The notes beneath the pieces are model-generated. The model was not told the origin of the DNA, ran no database searches, and saw only the letters and a list, made by a program, of their open reading frames with translations. Position numbers and translations under genes: made by a program. This document shows, one piece after another, positions 38,983-54,800 of a stretch of DNA of 64,000 nucleotides; the stretch's first letter is position 1, and each line of letters begins with the position of its first letter. This DNA is from Monocercomonoides exilis PA203 (taxonomy: Eukaryota; Protista; Preaxostyla): NCBI GenBank assembly GCA_001643675.2, contig LSRY02000023.1, positions 1-64,000 on the forward strand, written 5' to 3'.

Positions 38983-40273
38983 AGACGATTGTTGTTTTCT
39001 TAAAATCATAAAAGTTTATACATATTATTTTATTATCAAAAAATGAATTATTTTTATTCGTATTTTAATTTGGTTAAAGAGTATCACAAGTGTTTGAGTG
39101 ATAATTATGTTTGCTTATTACAACGTATGTGTGTGTTTTGTTGTGTGATTTGCAAAAGCTTCAAAGTGACTGTCGAATGAGTTTTCTGTGCAGACTTTGA
39201 CTATTTTTGCATTCGCATCCTTGTTTCATTTCTGTTCAGACTTAAAAATTGAAAATGTTCTTTTCTTTTCTTTCTTTTTTTTTTTTTTTGATTCGACTTT
39301 GCCATTTTCCAATTTTTGTTGTGAAATTTCGAATGTAAATTGCATTTTCGTCACTTTATAATGTGAATTTATCGAACACGTCTTTCTTTCGTTCGTTCAT
39401 TATTTTGCCACTATTTTTATTTTTTGTGAATATTTTTAGTCTCAACTATGGTTTGGTGTTTATCTTCTTTTCAAATGGCATGACTTTTGCTCATTCCTCT
39501 TAAGTAATTCGTGGAAATGCTCATTTTGACTGTTATTAGTTGAAAATGGCATCAGACTCTGTGAATGTCGATGCTATCTCGAACTGGCAAAGAGCAACGA
39601 CTTTTGCTTTTTATTTATTTCGAATGAGTTTGAGCTCACTTTTTGTGTGAAATGACTATTTTTTTTTAAAGACAAATGTAACATTTCCCAGTTTAGCTTC
39701 TTTTGTTGCTTGTTTTTGTTTGTTTGTTTGACAATCATTCAACACCACAAAGTGGTGTGCTGTCATGACATGCCCTCTGAAAACTGAGTTTTCTCATTCT
39801 TTTAATTTTCATTTTTGCTTTTTCTTGATGAAAAAGATTAACAAATAATCATGAACACTTGAAGACATATGAACGGCATGCTAAGCAATGGGAAGTATTT
39901 ATTGAGTGAGAAGGCAAAAGAAAAGAAGTGAAAGGCGTCGGAGTTCATCCAACAAATCGAAAAGAAACTTTCGATTCCGTGGAGCCTCAAATAAAATGAA
40001 ATGAATAACAAGAAATTGGAGGAGGGAGCAAAGAATATGCAGAGAAGTTAAAATAACAAGAAAAGATATAAAAGAAAATGGGAAGGAAGAGTAGAAGAAC
40101 AAATGCTTCAAAGAACAACAAAACAAGCACTTTAACAAGCAGAAGAAGTCGATTGATAAAATAAACGTTTTTATAAAAGTACTATTTGACAATAATCTTC
40201 TGACTTATAAATATCCAGAACAACAACAAAAATTCATCCATCACTGTCAAATATTAGTGCTGCAGCCTTTCGA

Positions 40274-41276
40274 TTAACCGTCGCCCATCATCTGCCTCTT
40301 CACCATAAAGAAGCTACCGACATCGCTTTCTGGTAGCTGATTGGCCGAGATGCCATCAAGCTCTTCTAACTGCAACTCCATATGAAGCAAGTCATACCCA
40401 ATTTGGGACACTTCGGTGTTGCGCCGAAGATCAACAGCCTTCAGAGCTGCTCTGAACGTGCTGTGTGTTATACTTTCAATTCCAGCATCAGTTATGAAGC
40501 CATTTCCTAAAATCAACTTTTCAAGCTTAAGGCACTTTCCTTTCGACAAAATGGCCATTGAAGCATTTGTTGCAAATCCATCACAAAATTCTGCTAATAG
40601 CTCAGTCAGATTTTCTCCATGTTCAGCAATAGCTTCGGCAAGAGAGGTATCGACATTTTTGCAGTTTGACAGATCCAGATGTTGCAAATGAGGGCATTTC
40701 ACAACGATCTCTGAAAGACCTTTTGAAGTAAAATGTTCATTATCCCCAACGCAAACCCATGACAAATTCTCTAATTTAGAAAGATGGAATAAGCCTTAAA
40801 AAAAAGAATTGTGCATTTTATTGTGGATTAAATATTTTGAAAAACAATAATTTTAAATCCATACTATCATCATGAAGATAAAGGCAATTCCAAATATTGA
40901 CAGATTCAAGTTTGGGGCATTTCGTAACAAGTTCAAGGATAAGTTCGTCAGTAAGATAAAGTGAATGTGAAAGGTCAATAGAAACCAAATTCGGATGATC
41001 TTTTTATTCACATGAAAAATTCCACAAAGAACAAAGAATTAAAAATCATAAATTGAAAGAACAAAATAACAAAATACTACCTTCAATGAATAACTGGAAA
41101 TTAATTATTTCTGATGGTGTTGATACGATAACAGGAGGTGTCCGATCCAATAATTTCTTTGTTTTCTCTTTCATGGCTTTTGAAACAGATTCAAGTCGCA
41201 AAGCATCAGACGGATCCATATTACGTATGATTTCTCTGAAAATATTATCTGGAATCGTAGCAAGAGTAAGAGACAT
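40274..41276 (-). CDS. F-box/leucine-rich repeat protein (3 exons)
   Basis: N-terminal F-box-like LATIPDNIFREIIRNMDPSDALRLESVSK; Cys-containing LRRs (KCPHLQHLDLSNCKNV, LEKLIL..GFITDAGI, LKAVDLRRNTEV). Confidence 0.82.
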
Positions 41277-41581
41277 CCCAATGTTATCTTTGCTTTCTGA
41301 TCTAAAACCATTGATAAATACACAAACAAAAAATATCTCAACAATTCGAAAATTATTTTTTATATTTAACTTTCAAAAATATAACAATACTGTGAAAAAA
41401 TACAGTTACTAACTTGAGTTCAAAAACAATAAACAATTACAAATTTGAAAAAAATAAAAAGAACTTCTCTAAAAAATTTTTTAACTTCAGTAAATATATC
41501 CTTTAAAAAAGGAAGAAAGAGAAAAGAAGAAAAGATGAAAGAAAAGACAATGGAAAACATATTTACAACATTTAAGCTATC

Positions 41582-42636
41582 TTATGCTTCAAAAATTGGC
41601 AATCCGTAAAGTCGTAAAGTTGGACACAAACGATATCCGCAATCAAGAGCTTCCATTTCTTTCATTTCAGCATCAGAAAGTTCGAAATCATAAACTGAAA
41701 TATTTTCTTCAATTCGCGAAGGTGTAACCGATTTCGGAATGATGCAAAGATTCGGGGCTCTCTGTAAATGCCAGCGCAAAACAACTTGAGAAGGACTTTT
41801 TTTATGTGCATCGGAAATACGAAGGATAGTTGGGTGCGTTGTGATATCAAGCTGCTGCGTTGATTGGGATGATGAAGATGATGAAGATTGGGCTGATGCT
41901 CCTGGACGACAAATTGGGCAAAAAGCTGTTACTGCAATTCCTTGTTCGTGACAGAATTTGATAAGTTGCTTTTGCTGCAAAAATGGATGGCTTTCAACCT
42001 GATTCATACATGGACGAATTCTGCACCCGCATAAAAGATTAAAAAGCATTCCACAAGGAAAATTTGAAACTCCAATTGCTTTTACAAGCTTTGCATCAAC
42101 CAGTTCTTCCATAGCTCTCCATGTAACCTCAACAGGGACTCTGTCAAAGGCAAGTTTTCCATCCGAAGATGCAGTAGGATCAGGATTTACTGCGACTGGC
42201 CAGTGCATAAGATATAAATCAAGATACCCAAGTTTTGTATCCTTCAATGTCTTTTCACATGCAGGTCTTACACGTTCAGCACGATGCTCAGTGTTCCACA
42301 GTTTTGATGTCACAAATATATCTTCGCGCTTTATAGTACCTGAAGCAAATAACTCAGCAAACGCTTGAAAAACATAGAAAAATATTTACCGAAATAGAAA
42401 GAAATAAAGAAACCATCTCCAATTTCAGATTCATTTCCATAAAAGGCTGCTAGATCAAAATGTCTGTATCCAGCTTTAACTGCTGATTGAATTGCACTGC
42501 AAATAAAGGAGATATCATCAAATGAAATGAAACAGAAAATTTTTACAAACCGCTTTATTTCTCCCGGAGCTGATTTGTATGTTCCTAATCCAATTCTTGG
42601 AATTTTTGCTCCTGTATTTAAAGTGAATGATTCCAT
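41582..42636 (-). CDS. Aldo/keto reductase (multi-exon)
   Basis: [75 protein letters not shown]. Confidence 0.95.
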
Positions 42637-42818
42637 GCTACTTCTTAATCGGTTTGTCAAAAATCGATCAAAATAACCATCTTCGAAACATTTTTTTAAA
42701 AAGATAAAAGTTTTTTTGAAAGCACATTTTCATTGATAATAATATAGACATTTCGTTAATGCAAAAAATAAAAGAATAAACAACCATATTATAATTTAAA
42801 TGAAAAGTTAAAATTTTT

Positions 42819-45800
42819 ATGACATTTCTCTCGGATTCTGATTTGCTTTTATCATTTTTTAAAGCTGAAAGCACTTCTAAAGCTATTACAGATTTAGAAA
42901 TATTTTCTAAATTACCTTCAAACATTATTATCAGATGGATTGAACCAATTCTTCATATCTTATTCACCTTAATTGAACATATTTCTGAAAATATTCCAAC
43001 ATGTGAATCATGCATTCGCATAATATGCATTTTGCTCGACAATACCGATGAAAGTGGATTTAAGCTTATAGAAAGTCGAGTTTTTACATCTTATTTAGAA
43101 GAGAAATTTTCTTTCCAAAATGTTGGACTTAAACTTTTGAAATATCTTAAAAGTATTATAACAGTTCATTCGGAAGACACAGACCCTTTGCAAGGAGTTA
43201 ACCTTTTTCGTTTACTTCCAACATTTTTTAAATTGTGTGTTTCATCCCACTTTCTTCTGACACTAACTCAGAATGAAAACAATAAAACTTCGTTAACACA
43301 AATACTCGATTCACTTTCATCTTCACTTTCCTCATTTTTTACACAGAATGTTCAGTGTGGAGAGCAAAATCTTGAAAATAATGATTTTTTGACAACAGTT
43401 AGCAATTTTGATCCTTTTCCATTTGTTCCACGATGGGTTGTTCAGGAACTTCAAAATACGCATCCGTCAGCATTGAAAGGAGTAATTGAAAGCAAAGATT
43501 CAATATCAGAATCGAATAAAGCTTTCACTTGCGATGAGAATTCTGCTTTGAAGGAACAAAGGAAAACAGCAACGGTTCGCTTTAACATGGAAGGTAACAC
43601 ACAGCATTCTCCGTATTTACGCACATCATCCAATAATGTCAAACATAAAGCCAGCCAACTATATGCACAGGATGGCTATCTGACAGATGATGTTAATCAG
43701 CTATATTTACAAAGCCGATACTCTCAGGATCAGTTTCTGATGGACACACCTCGTTCGATGGAAGACGAATCAGAACAGAAAAGAGGAGGAAGAAAGCATC
43801 GCTCTGCTCAGCTACAGTTCGAACCAATTCCCAAACGAGATGGCGAAGGAAAGAGGCAATTCGGCTTAAGAGCAATGGAAGATGAATATGATGAAGAAGA
43901 AGGAGGAGAGATGCAACTTGAAGAAGCAGAGAAAGAAAGCGAATTTGATACCGGAATCGAAGGTAATGCAGAAGAAGAAGAAGAAGAAATCGATGGAATT
44001 CAACTTCGTCAAAGCGAATATAAGGCAGCCAACAGAAGCATTGAAAGAAAAGAAGAATATGAAGAAGAATCGAACGAAATGGCACCTGTGCCTTTGAACC
44101 AATCAAGCTACGAAAACGTTCATTCAGAAGAATATTCGTCAGCCTTTCCGTTTGGTGCATCATCGCAGCCATCACATTTGATGACCGAGCAGAATTATCA
44201 TTGCAACGATGTTCATTTTATTCAAACGCAAGGAAAAAACGAACAATCTTCTGGTTTTTCATTGCATTCCTCTCCATTTCAGCTTGATTCGCAACACAAC
44301 AACTCGACTCCAGCTTCATATTCTTCTCTTTTTCAATCACCGTTTTCTGCACACAATTTCATTCCTCCTTTTCTCCCTCGTTTCAGCCCAATCGTTCGTA
44401 CTCAATCGGATTCTTCCTCTTTTCCCTCTTTTACTCAATCTTCCTTCATTACCAACCAAACACTCACACTCACCCGCACTCCATCAGCATCTGCATCAGC
44501 ATCTGCATCAGCATCAGCATCATCTTCCTCAGAAGGAGCACAGCACAAGAGGCACAGCTCGTTCCTCAGCATTTCTGACTCTGTTTTGCAGTCTCCGTCT
44601 GAACAGCCAGCCAGCACTGACTGCGAGTACATTCCAGACGACAACACAGGCTTTTCTCTGTTCGATCCAATCGAATGCGAAGAAGGCAGCGATGCTTCAG
44701 AAGACGTGCAGCTGTTGTGTTCTGATGGGCAGACAGCAAACAAGATGAAGCTGCAGGCGGTGCGGTGGATGCAGCTGTTGGGACTGGACGAGGAAGAACT
44801 CGTCGAAATCGGGCTGAGCGACGGAAGCAGCCGCAAAACACAGAAGAAGCAGCTGAACGACAAAGATAGAAGCAACCAAACAGACAAACTGAATCAGACA
44901 AGTCTTTCCCCAAAAGTGAGTGCTGCTTGCGAATGTTCCGATGCCAATAACACAGAAAAGATGCCAAATGAAGCCAAAACGGAAGAAAAGAAGATATCTT
45001 CTCCTCAATCAACTCATCTTTCTTCAGCCAGTCAAATTCCTCCTTCTCTTCCTCCACAAACATCTGCGTCCAACACACCTTCATTGGCATCTGCTTCATT
45101 AGCATCTCTTCAGGCCTCTCTTCTCCAAGCTCCAAACACTTCCTCTTCCACCTCCTTCTCCTTCTCCTCGTCTGTTCCCTCGTCTCGTCCAATCTCCCCC
45201 TCACAGACACCCACATCATCCACCTCCCTTGCCTCTGTCCCCTCTCGCTTTACCATCTCTCCCCTCTTCGCCAACTCCATCCGAACACCCACGCCAAGCC
45301 AGCTGACTCCGCTTTCCCGCGCCTCTCATTCGACACACGCGCAATTCCATCCGCCAGAGCCAGCCGACAACACGATGCCGTTCGGGGCGCTGCTTTTGGG
45401 CGAAGGGAAGAGCAGCTCAAAAGACGACGAGACAGAAAAGAACCAGAGGAGACTGCAGATGCAGCTGATGAGCGAAATACGAGCGACGAAGAAGAAGGAG
45501 AACAGAGAGAAAGAGAAAGAGAAAGAGAAAGGAGATGTACACTCGAAGAATGCAGTCAGCTTCAGTGGAAGGAATTCAGTTCAGCTGGAGACGAAATCTT
45601 TGCATGTTTCGCCTCATCGCGAAGGAGAGCGGTTGACACCGGCTCTTCTGCAGCTGACAGACAAATTGGATTTTGGTGGGAAAGAGGAAGTGACAAGAGC
45701 AACAACAGAAACAGATGTTGAAATAGAAGGAGAAGGAGAAGAAGGAGAATGTGAAGAGGAAGGCAGCGAAGAAAGAAGAGGAAGAGGAAGAGAAGGAGAG

Positions 45801-48800
45801 AGAGGAGAAGATGCATCAATAGAAATGGATATAGACACGCAAAGTTTGGATGATGAAGCTGATGCTTTGGCAGAAAACAGAATTCCTCTTCTTTCTGAAG
45901 CAGAAAAAGAGCAACTTCTGTTTTATGCTCCGATTTTGGGTGACGAAACACCGTTGTTTCAGATTAATTCCGACGCAACCGTATTTTCGTCTGCTCTTCT
46001 GTCTTTTCGGGCGAATGAGTGGTTGGACGAGGCGATCTTCGGAATTAAAAAGCGAATAAGACAAACAGAAAAGAAGTTGGAGCAGATCGAAGAAGAAAAT
46101 AAGATGTTTGTTTCAGATGAAAATGGAATAATTGCAGAAAAAGAAGGAGAAGTTGATGCTGCTGCTGATGATGAGAATGACGAGAACAAAAAATCTTATC
46201 AAACAAAACAAAAACATAAATTTTTTCCCAGCCAGCCTTCAATTCCATCAGATGCACCATCGTCTTTCATGGCGGAGTATCTTCATTCTCTCATTTCCAC
46301 CCTCCATTCTTCTCTCCACCGCCTCTCCTCTTTCCGCAACCAGCTCAAATCGACCGACGCAAACAGCGTCTCTCTCTCTTCTTTGCTCTCTCTTCTCCCT
46401 CCAAACGTCATCCGCCTCATCCAACCGGAGCTTTCATTCGTCTCCGAAACAAAAGCGCTCTTCTCTTCGCTCACAACTTGGCTGCTTTCTGCTGCCCGTT
46501 CAGTCGAACGGCGTGTGGAGCTTCTGCTTCCTGAGACGTCTGCCATCAACAGCAGCAGCAGCAGCACAAAAAGCAGAAAGAACAGAAACAGCAACAGATG
46601 GAGTGTGTCTCCTCTGCTCTTCGCTGTCATCTCGCCGACTTCTTCACTCTCTCTCCCCAGCCAATCTGTCTGCTCAGACACCGCCAGCCACCAGCCACCC
46701 CACTCACTTACATCCTCCCCCACTCCTCCCCTTTCCATGGCACCGTATTCACCCTGCCCACCAGCTTCCCCTGCGCCGATGCCCCACTCAGCTGCCACTG
46801 CCATCTCTGCCCCGCACACCCCGTTTGCTCCGCTCTTCACGTCACACAACCAGATCAGCTCTGCCAATCCGGAGCCTCTTCCGCCAGAGTTCTTTTCTCC
46901 ATTCCCAGAGACAGTTCCTTCAATTGCTCCATCTCTTTCATCACTTTCCTCCTCCTCATCTTCATCCTCCTCATCTGCTTCTGCTTCTGCTTCCTCTTCT
47001 CCGCCTTCATCAGTCGCTGCCTCTGCTTCAACGCCTCTCCTTTCTCCTTTCTCTCCAAATGCCACAATCTCCTCTGCTCAGCCGTCTCAAGTTCCCCCTC
47101 CGTCTTCCCATTCGATTTCTCCGTCTTTGCTGAAGGCGCAGTCACAGCACTCGTCTCATCAGCGCTCTTTCTCGTCTGATTGCTCACTCAACATGCACCA
47201 CCCAACACACTTCAACAGCAGCTGCCACAGCCGCTCTTCTTCATTTCAATGCAACGCTTCCTCTTTTCTGCTCCATACTCTTTCTCCTTTTTCTCGTTTG
47301 GTCATGTTTCATCCGCAAAATGCAATGCAACCTTCTTCATCCTCCTCCGCATCTTCTTCCTCTTCTTCTTCAGACATTCCATCTTCTGATGTTGATTGGT
47401 ATACATCTTTCCCTCCATTCCCTCCTTTCTCTCTTTCTCCTCTGAACGCACTCTGCTTCTCCTCTGATATCCTCTCTCTTCTCCACAGCTTCTTCTCATT
47501 TGCCCAGTCGATCCTCTCCTTCCAACAGAATCTGCTGGACGCTCTTCTCAACATGGCCTCGCCTTCTGTTGCTGCTAGCGTCCTCTCTCAACACATCGCC
47601 CGCTGTGCAACTGCGCTGGCTGAGCTTCCGTTAACTGGCCCTGTTCTGTTTGTGCTCATCCGGCTGTTTTTGTTCAGCCGAAGAAGACTCGAAAGCGATG
47701 GCAATCAGAAAGAAGGAGGAGAAGATGAAGAAGCAGAAGAAGAAGCAGATGAAGAAGAAGGCAATGTGAATGCAGAAGATCAAAACAGCTACTTGGCTGG
47801 CGATCCTCATTCGTCTGCTTTTGTTGACGGGGCAATGCTTCATCAGCAAAGTGAAGCAGATGCTGCCAAATCTGCTGCAGCCTCAAAGCGCGTTCAGATG
47901 TGTCCTCCTTCTCCTTCTGTTGCGTCTGAGTATTCTTCCACTTCTGCTTCAGACGGCGAGGCCACATCCGATTTCTCGTATGCTCCTTTCAGCTCATCTG
48001 TCTCGTATCTTCCTTCGTCTTCTCCGTCACTCGCACAACAGAATTCAGATGGGCAAAGCTATCGCCTCAAATCAGATGGCTCTTTGGACGTCTCTCCTCA
48101 GCCTCCGCTTGTTGTGTCTCTATCGTGTCTGCCAGCAACTGTCGATATGTTGACTGACTTGTGCTTGAAGCTCACCTCTTCTTATTCTCCTCCGCGTCTC
48201 GTGCCTTACTCGCAGGGCGATTCACAGTCAGCCCCACGATATCGCTTGGAAACAGAAGTGAAGCAGCCAACAGCTTCTCCTTCTCCCATCCACTTTTCGT
48301 CGGCTGGCTCGTCTGCGGCTGCGTCTGCGTTGGCTGCCGCTGCGTCTTCTCTTTCGTCGGAGCTGCGGCTGCGCACACCGTCGAAGCTGAACCAGTCGCA
48401 GTCGCTTTCGACAGCTGCCCATTCGACGATGGGCGAAGAAGAGCTACCTCAAAACAGACTGAAAAAGGCACATTCGACGTTTTTGGGGTGCGGAGTGTTT
48501 CTGCTGAACACTCTTAGATGGATTCATTCACTGTTGAGGAAACATCAGAAAAGAAGCGCAGAAGGAAGAATGAAAGAAAAGGAAGAGGAAGAAGAAGCGG
48601 AAGAGAATGAATATGCTGAAAGGCATCAAATGAGAGCAGGAATGAACGAATGGGAAGTACCATCAGAGAATGAAGAGAGGGGAAAGTTTTCTTCACACAC
48701 AGATGCTTCAGACGAAGAAGACCAAATGAATGCAGATCAGAATGAGGAAGTTGCATTTAGTAGCTCGACTGTGACTGGGAAAACAGCATCTGAGGCATTA

Positions 48801-51800
48801 TTTGCAGCTGTTAGACATTTTCTATCTCGGCTGGATGACTTCAAGAATCTGACGTTGTTTTTCTTCCACTCTTTTCCACTGGCTTTCACAGCCGAATTTC
48901 AGAAGTCGATCACTCGAAGCTACTCGTCAGCTGTCTCCAACACACCTGGCCTCAATCAGGACAGCTCTGATTCTGCCTCTTCAAGCTCCTCCGGCACAAT
49001 CCAACCATCTGTCCGCTATCTTTCCTCATCCGACTTTGATGTGACACATCTGTTTCCTTTCTCTGCCTCTTTGCTTTCCGACCCTTCTTCCTCTTCCTCT
49101 TCCTCCTCTTCTCCTTTTCAGCCGCCTTTGCTCTCATCAGCTGCTGGCTTTATGAGCCCTTCGCTGTCGTTCCTCCCTCCTCTGCAGTGCGGCAGCCAGA
49201 CAAAACAGAATCCGCCTGCAGCGGCAGAAGTGATATCCCAGCTGGAAGTGCTTCGAGTGGGCGAGAAATACTTTGTCGACCAAAACCAGATTGAGCTGAG
49301 GGAAATATGCGAGCTGTTTTCGCAGATTGTGGTAAACTGCCTTTCGCTTTCATTCACACTGAACAACAAAACAGACAAGAATCATAAAGCCCTTCTTCCC
49401 TGCGATGCTTCCACCCCCACTGAAACTCCTTTTGTTTCTGCCTCTTCTTCAGCTGTCTCATCCACATCTGCTTTTGCACCATCGACTGTCCAGCGTCCAA
49501 TTTCCAAGCGTGCTCCGTCTGTTGTTTATTCACTCAACTCCACATCTTCCTATTCACCATCAGCGGAGCATCCCTTCCAGCAAGAGTTTGCCAGCCAGCT
49601 GCCTTCCTCTGCAGTCACGCCCGACTCCTCCATTTTGCACTTTGCATCTGCAGCAGAGCAGGAAAGCAGTAGAATGTTCGATGGGAGGAACAATGCATCT
49701 GGAGACAATCAAGTTTCCAGCTATTTTGAAGAAGGAGGGAAGGAAGAAGAAGCTGAAGTCGAAGAGGAAGGATTGCTTTTGGAGGAACTTTCACATCACA
49801 AAAGAGGATTTCTTTCGCTTTATTCTCACACAGCATCATTTGGAGCAGATGTGGATTGCCAACTTCTTTTGGAGCCAGTTGATTTCACGCTCTGCTTTGG
49901 CATCGCAATTCTCTCTCACACCCGCAAAATATACCAAAGTGTTGCATTTAACACGCAGCTGTCTGCCAATCTGCATTCAGCAGCATTGCAACAGAACCAA
50001 AATATGATGAGGGGCAATCCAAACTCAGATGTCTATCTTTCGCAGCAGGATGTCGCTTCGCTGAAAGCCACGTATCCTTCACACATTTCGGGCAACCCGT
50101 CAGACTCGCCTCCTCGTCAGCGATCTCCGCGCACTGAACGAGAGAAAGACAGAGAAAGAGACACATCATCGCAGGGCAACTGCTTTGGCTCGACCACTTC
50201 ATCGTTTGCGTCATCGCCTCCATCAACCACACCACGCACTGTAACATCCTCTCCAGAAGACACACCCAGCCAGCTGAACTCGCCTGGCTCTCGTTTGTCC
50301 TCTCCACTTTCTCCATCGCGTGCATCTGTTTCGACTTCATTCAACATCGACACACAGCCACAGAACTCGTCGAGCACTGCGCTGTTTGACAACCCTTTCC
50401 AAACAGATACCAAAGGCTCGCTGCACAAGCAGACTTCTGCTCTTTCAGATGAAAATGTCCCAGAGAAAAGCACAGACAGCTTTTACATTCCGCTGATTGA
50501 GAAACGTGTTCTGAGGAAAAGCTTTGCGCTTTTGAACTGCTTTGCGAAGTTTATGAGTTTATTGCCTTCTCATCTGCGGCAACAGGCAGAAGAATGCACA
50601 GAGAAAGAAGAGATTCACATTGAAAGCAACGAAGCAGAAAATGAAAACTATAAAGCTGAAAAAGAAATGGAAAACGACAACAACTCTGAAGAGCAAGAAG
50701 AAGAAAAGCAGCGAAATGCGATTATTTCTAAGTGGATACCAAAAGAATCTGCAAATGCGTTTCACGAGCACTATTTCACCATCAAAAGCAGCCATTTTCT
50801 GCAAAGCTTATCATCGCTCAGCTCGATTTATGGCGAGATCACTCCTTTGTGTGGATTGAATACAGCCGAAAAGGATGAATTATTAAAGCCATTTCGTCCT
50901 GGATGTAATGAAGCAAGCCAGAAAAATGAACAAATGAATGAACGAAGCTCAATGCAACTAGCTAATCAACAATTTCCAGTGATAAGTGCGGAATTTGAAT
51001 CTAGCGAAGGTGAAAATGGGAGAAATGTTAACGTTGAAAAGAAACTTGAGGAGCAGCAACACAACAGCACAAATGCAGAGAAAGAGCTTTCGAGGATAAA
51101 AGAATTGTTGCAGTCAAATAAAAATACCTCATCAAAAAAAGAGATGTATTCAATTGCCGGTGGAACCGTTCATGTATTTTACGACTCTTTGGCAGAGAGA
51201 GTAATGTTGATGTTATTCACAATTGTTCCGCATGCGATGGAGCTGGCTGTTGTGTTGGAAAAAGAAGAAGGAAGGCAAGCTGTTGAAGAGCAACAGCGCA
51301 TTCAACGCTCATATGATGAGATGTGGAGCAGACACAATGCCATGGGTGAAGGAGAAGGCGAGCGCATCGAACAGACAGACAGCAGGGGAGCAAAGCGGAA
51401 GGATCGGCGTTCAATTGAGAGTGCTAGCGAATTTGATGAACAGGAAGCGAATGGCCGAGAAAGAAGAATGACCAAAGACAGCAGTTTGGATAGCGACCTC
51501 GGAGATAATAACGAATGGCGAACAATCCGCGATGAAAACGACTTTGATGAGTTTATTCTCGGCGAACAGGGTAATTCCAACAGACAGTTTGGTGCGAATG
51601 ACGAAAGAGATGATTCAAATCGAGGAACATTCACCGACGATGGGAATGCATTTCAGAGTGCATTTCACTCGCCAGGCTCAAGCACCATTTCGCAGGAGCA
51701 GATGCATCAGCAAGACATCTCATCTGCATCTTCTCTGTCTTCATCTTCAGATTTACTTGATTCCTTTGAGAATGCTGCTGCTGGCTCGTCTTCTCGTCCT

Positions 51801-54800
51801 GCGATATTTGATGACGTGTTTGGAAGTCAGAACGATGCTGCGATGAGTCAGCAATGGACTACAGACGGATCTTCATCTGCTTCGCAGCCATCTGCTGCTT
51901 TTAGAAACCATGCTACTCCTTCACATTCTGGATCCAACGGAAAAACGCAAGTTCTGACGCCAACTTCTATGAGCCAGCCTTTCTTTACTCCTGCTGAACC
52001 ATCCCTGGATGGTTCTTCAGAAAATCAATCTTTCAAGCAACATCAAGAATCCTCTTATTCAGTTGACGGATCAGATGTGCTCACAGCGACATCTCCTGCT
52101 GTCTTAAGGAGCATCAAAACATCGACAGCTGTGGATCAAAACTACAGCAGTAGTGACAGCGTAGAACTGTCCATGAGGGAATCCAGAAAATTGGGCCGAT
52201 CGCATTCGGAGTCAGACATTTCGTCTATTCATGTGAATGTGGATGAAGTACTTGGAACTTCAAATACACCACGTTCACGGAGTGCCAAGGATACAAATGC
52301 GCTTCCAGTCACATCAGTTGACTCTGAATCGTTGACAACAAATCAACAGCAATCTCCTTCGTTGTCTTCATCCGCATCACTTCCTGATTTTTCACGTCCA
52401 GCCACAACAGCCACGCAAAAGCCGATTCATCGCAGATCGGCTTCAGACACTTGCACAACACATTCTGCTTCTTCAAAGCTGCAAGAGAAGCATACAGCAG
52501 ATATGCAAGAGAGTGGAGCATCATATTCGGACAGCTCATATGTCAACAAACAAAGTGTAGCGAATAGAAATGAAGCATGGTCATCTTACAGCTCTGAAAA
52601 GAGACGAGCAACACGTGCACATCAAACTAGCAGCGAGAAGCTTGTTGTTCTGAACTCAACGCAATTGACTTTATCGCTTTGTGCAATGGTTCAGCGTATT
52701 GGCCGCTTGGCCATCCAGAGAATAACTCCGCAGCAGTATCTACACTCAATTCTGGAGCACACTCGCCCGAATTATATTACCACTTTCTTTGATACTATCT
52801 TGTCGATGGGGGGAATCCCCTCAGAAGCAGCAAACAACACGGCTGCAACACTTCTTAGTTTTGTTTCTGTGTCGATGATTGGTTCAATATTCTGCGCTGT
52901 GATTGTGGCACCTCTGCTTTCTCAATGCTCTGGCGAATGCCAGTTTGGATCTCCTGAAGAGTCGAAGAATTATTCTCAGACACCATATTTAGGCGAATCC
53001 GATCTAAATAGCAAAATCGAACAAAATCCACCACAAATAAAGCAAAGCTTGGATGTGTTTGGGAATCCACAGCACCTCATAAATATAAACTCTTCTTTTA
53101 ATCAATCACCAGGCAAGAATCAATTTCATCCTGAAAGCGATTCTCTCATTCAGATGCATTACGCTCAGTCTCCTGATCCAAATAAATATGTAAAAAGCAC
53201 AAAGACCAGTGAATTGTTTCTCTCTCATCCTTTGTGCGATTCGTACTGTCTTCCTTTTACTTATTTGGAACACGAAAAAGAACTAGAAGAGATGCTGGGA
53301 AGATGGTCAGAGACTCTTGTTTTTGCCTATTTCATCTATTTTCAGATGTTTTTGGGAAACAACATTTGGAGAATGGAACAAATACGCAGTTTAAAAGATG
53401 CCACACTTCAAGAAGAAGAAGAGCAAACAACAAGGAGATCAACAAGCAGAACTGGGGAGAGAAAATCTGGAAGCAGAAATGATTGCTCTAATATTCAAAC
53501 ATACGTAGATGATCAGAAAGATCAGTCGACAATGTGCATGGCTTGGGACATGAGCAGGCTTTTAGTAACGATCGAAAGGAGCTGCACGCTCATTGTCCAA
53601 TCTCTTCAGCTGTGTGATTTGAGAGCAGAAAGCGAGAGTGAATGTATTCTCATGCAGCAAGCCAAGCAACTATTAACAGATGAACCAACTATTAAAACAC
53701 AGGATGAGGCAGCTTGTACAGAGCAGAACAAGTTTCAGGGCGATTATATGAATGACCCTCCGTTTAAGCCATCATCGCAGTTTGCAAGTGAATGCACCAC
53801 GCATTGCAGCACTCCTCCGTTGCATTTCAAAGATTCTTCAGCGATCCCGAGAGAGCTTAACTCTATTTATTCGTCAGAGTATCAAGTTCAGCAGAAAAGA
53901 CAAAACAAGATACATATCTTTCGTTCTGATCCGTTTCCGAACGATGTTATGGATTCAGCTGCTCAATACTTACCTAATTCTTGCCTGTCAATTCAGTCAT
54001 CACTTTGCTTCATTGCCTCTCTTTTCTTAAAGCAATCAGAATCGCCAAATAATCATCAGCAATCAATGGCCCAAGCAGGATCTGATTCATATCCACAGCA
54101 GCAGTTGCTGGACAATCAGCAGAGCGGCAATCACACAACTTCAGGTGCGCTTTCATTCGATTCGTCAACAACAACAGAAGGCTATCGAATTCAGCCTTCA
54201 GATGACCCATCAAATTGCTATGAACCAGAAGACGATGTTGCACCATCTGCAAGCAGAAAAAGCTGGAGCCCGTCGCGTTTGGTGCCAAGCGATTATTTTC
54301 CTTCTCTTCTTTCTAATCAGCCAACTAACTCTGCGCATTCTTCAGTCTCTTCAACTCCACTTCTGTCGTCATCGCGTTTGCACAAGGCTTCCGATGGCTT
54401 TGGAAATGTTCCATCGAACCAAAACGTTACAAAACAGAATACACCACTTCTATCCCAATTCGATATAAATAGCTTGTTTACTCACACACCGCATAATTCG
54501 CTCCATCGTGACTCATTCTTTTCAATTGCTTCGACTCTGTCGTCATCCTCCAAAATTCCACAATATCCACCCCCGATACCATCTTTTGCTTCAGAATCCT
54601 CATATTCTGATCATCCGATCGATCGATTTCCAACTCCATCAAATGCTTTTAGTGCCCTTCAACCAATTCTTGCCTCAGAATTCAATTCTCTTTCGCAAAA
54701 GAAACCTACCAATCAACAACAGAGTAAAATACTTCCTCCATTTTTCTGTTCATCGTCTCTTGTTTCTTTCCTTCTGCGCAACAAAAAAGCTTTCTTTTCT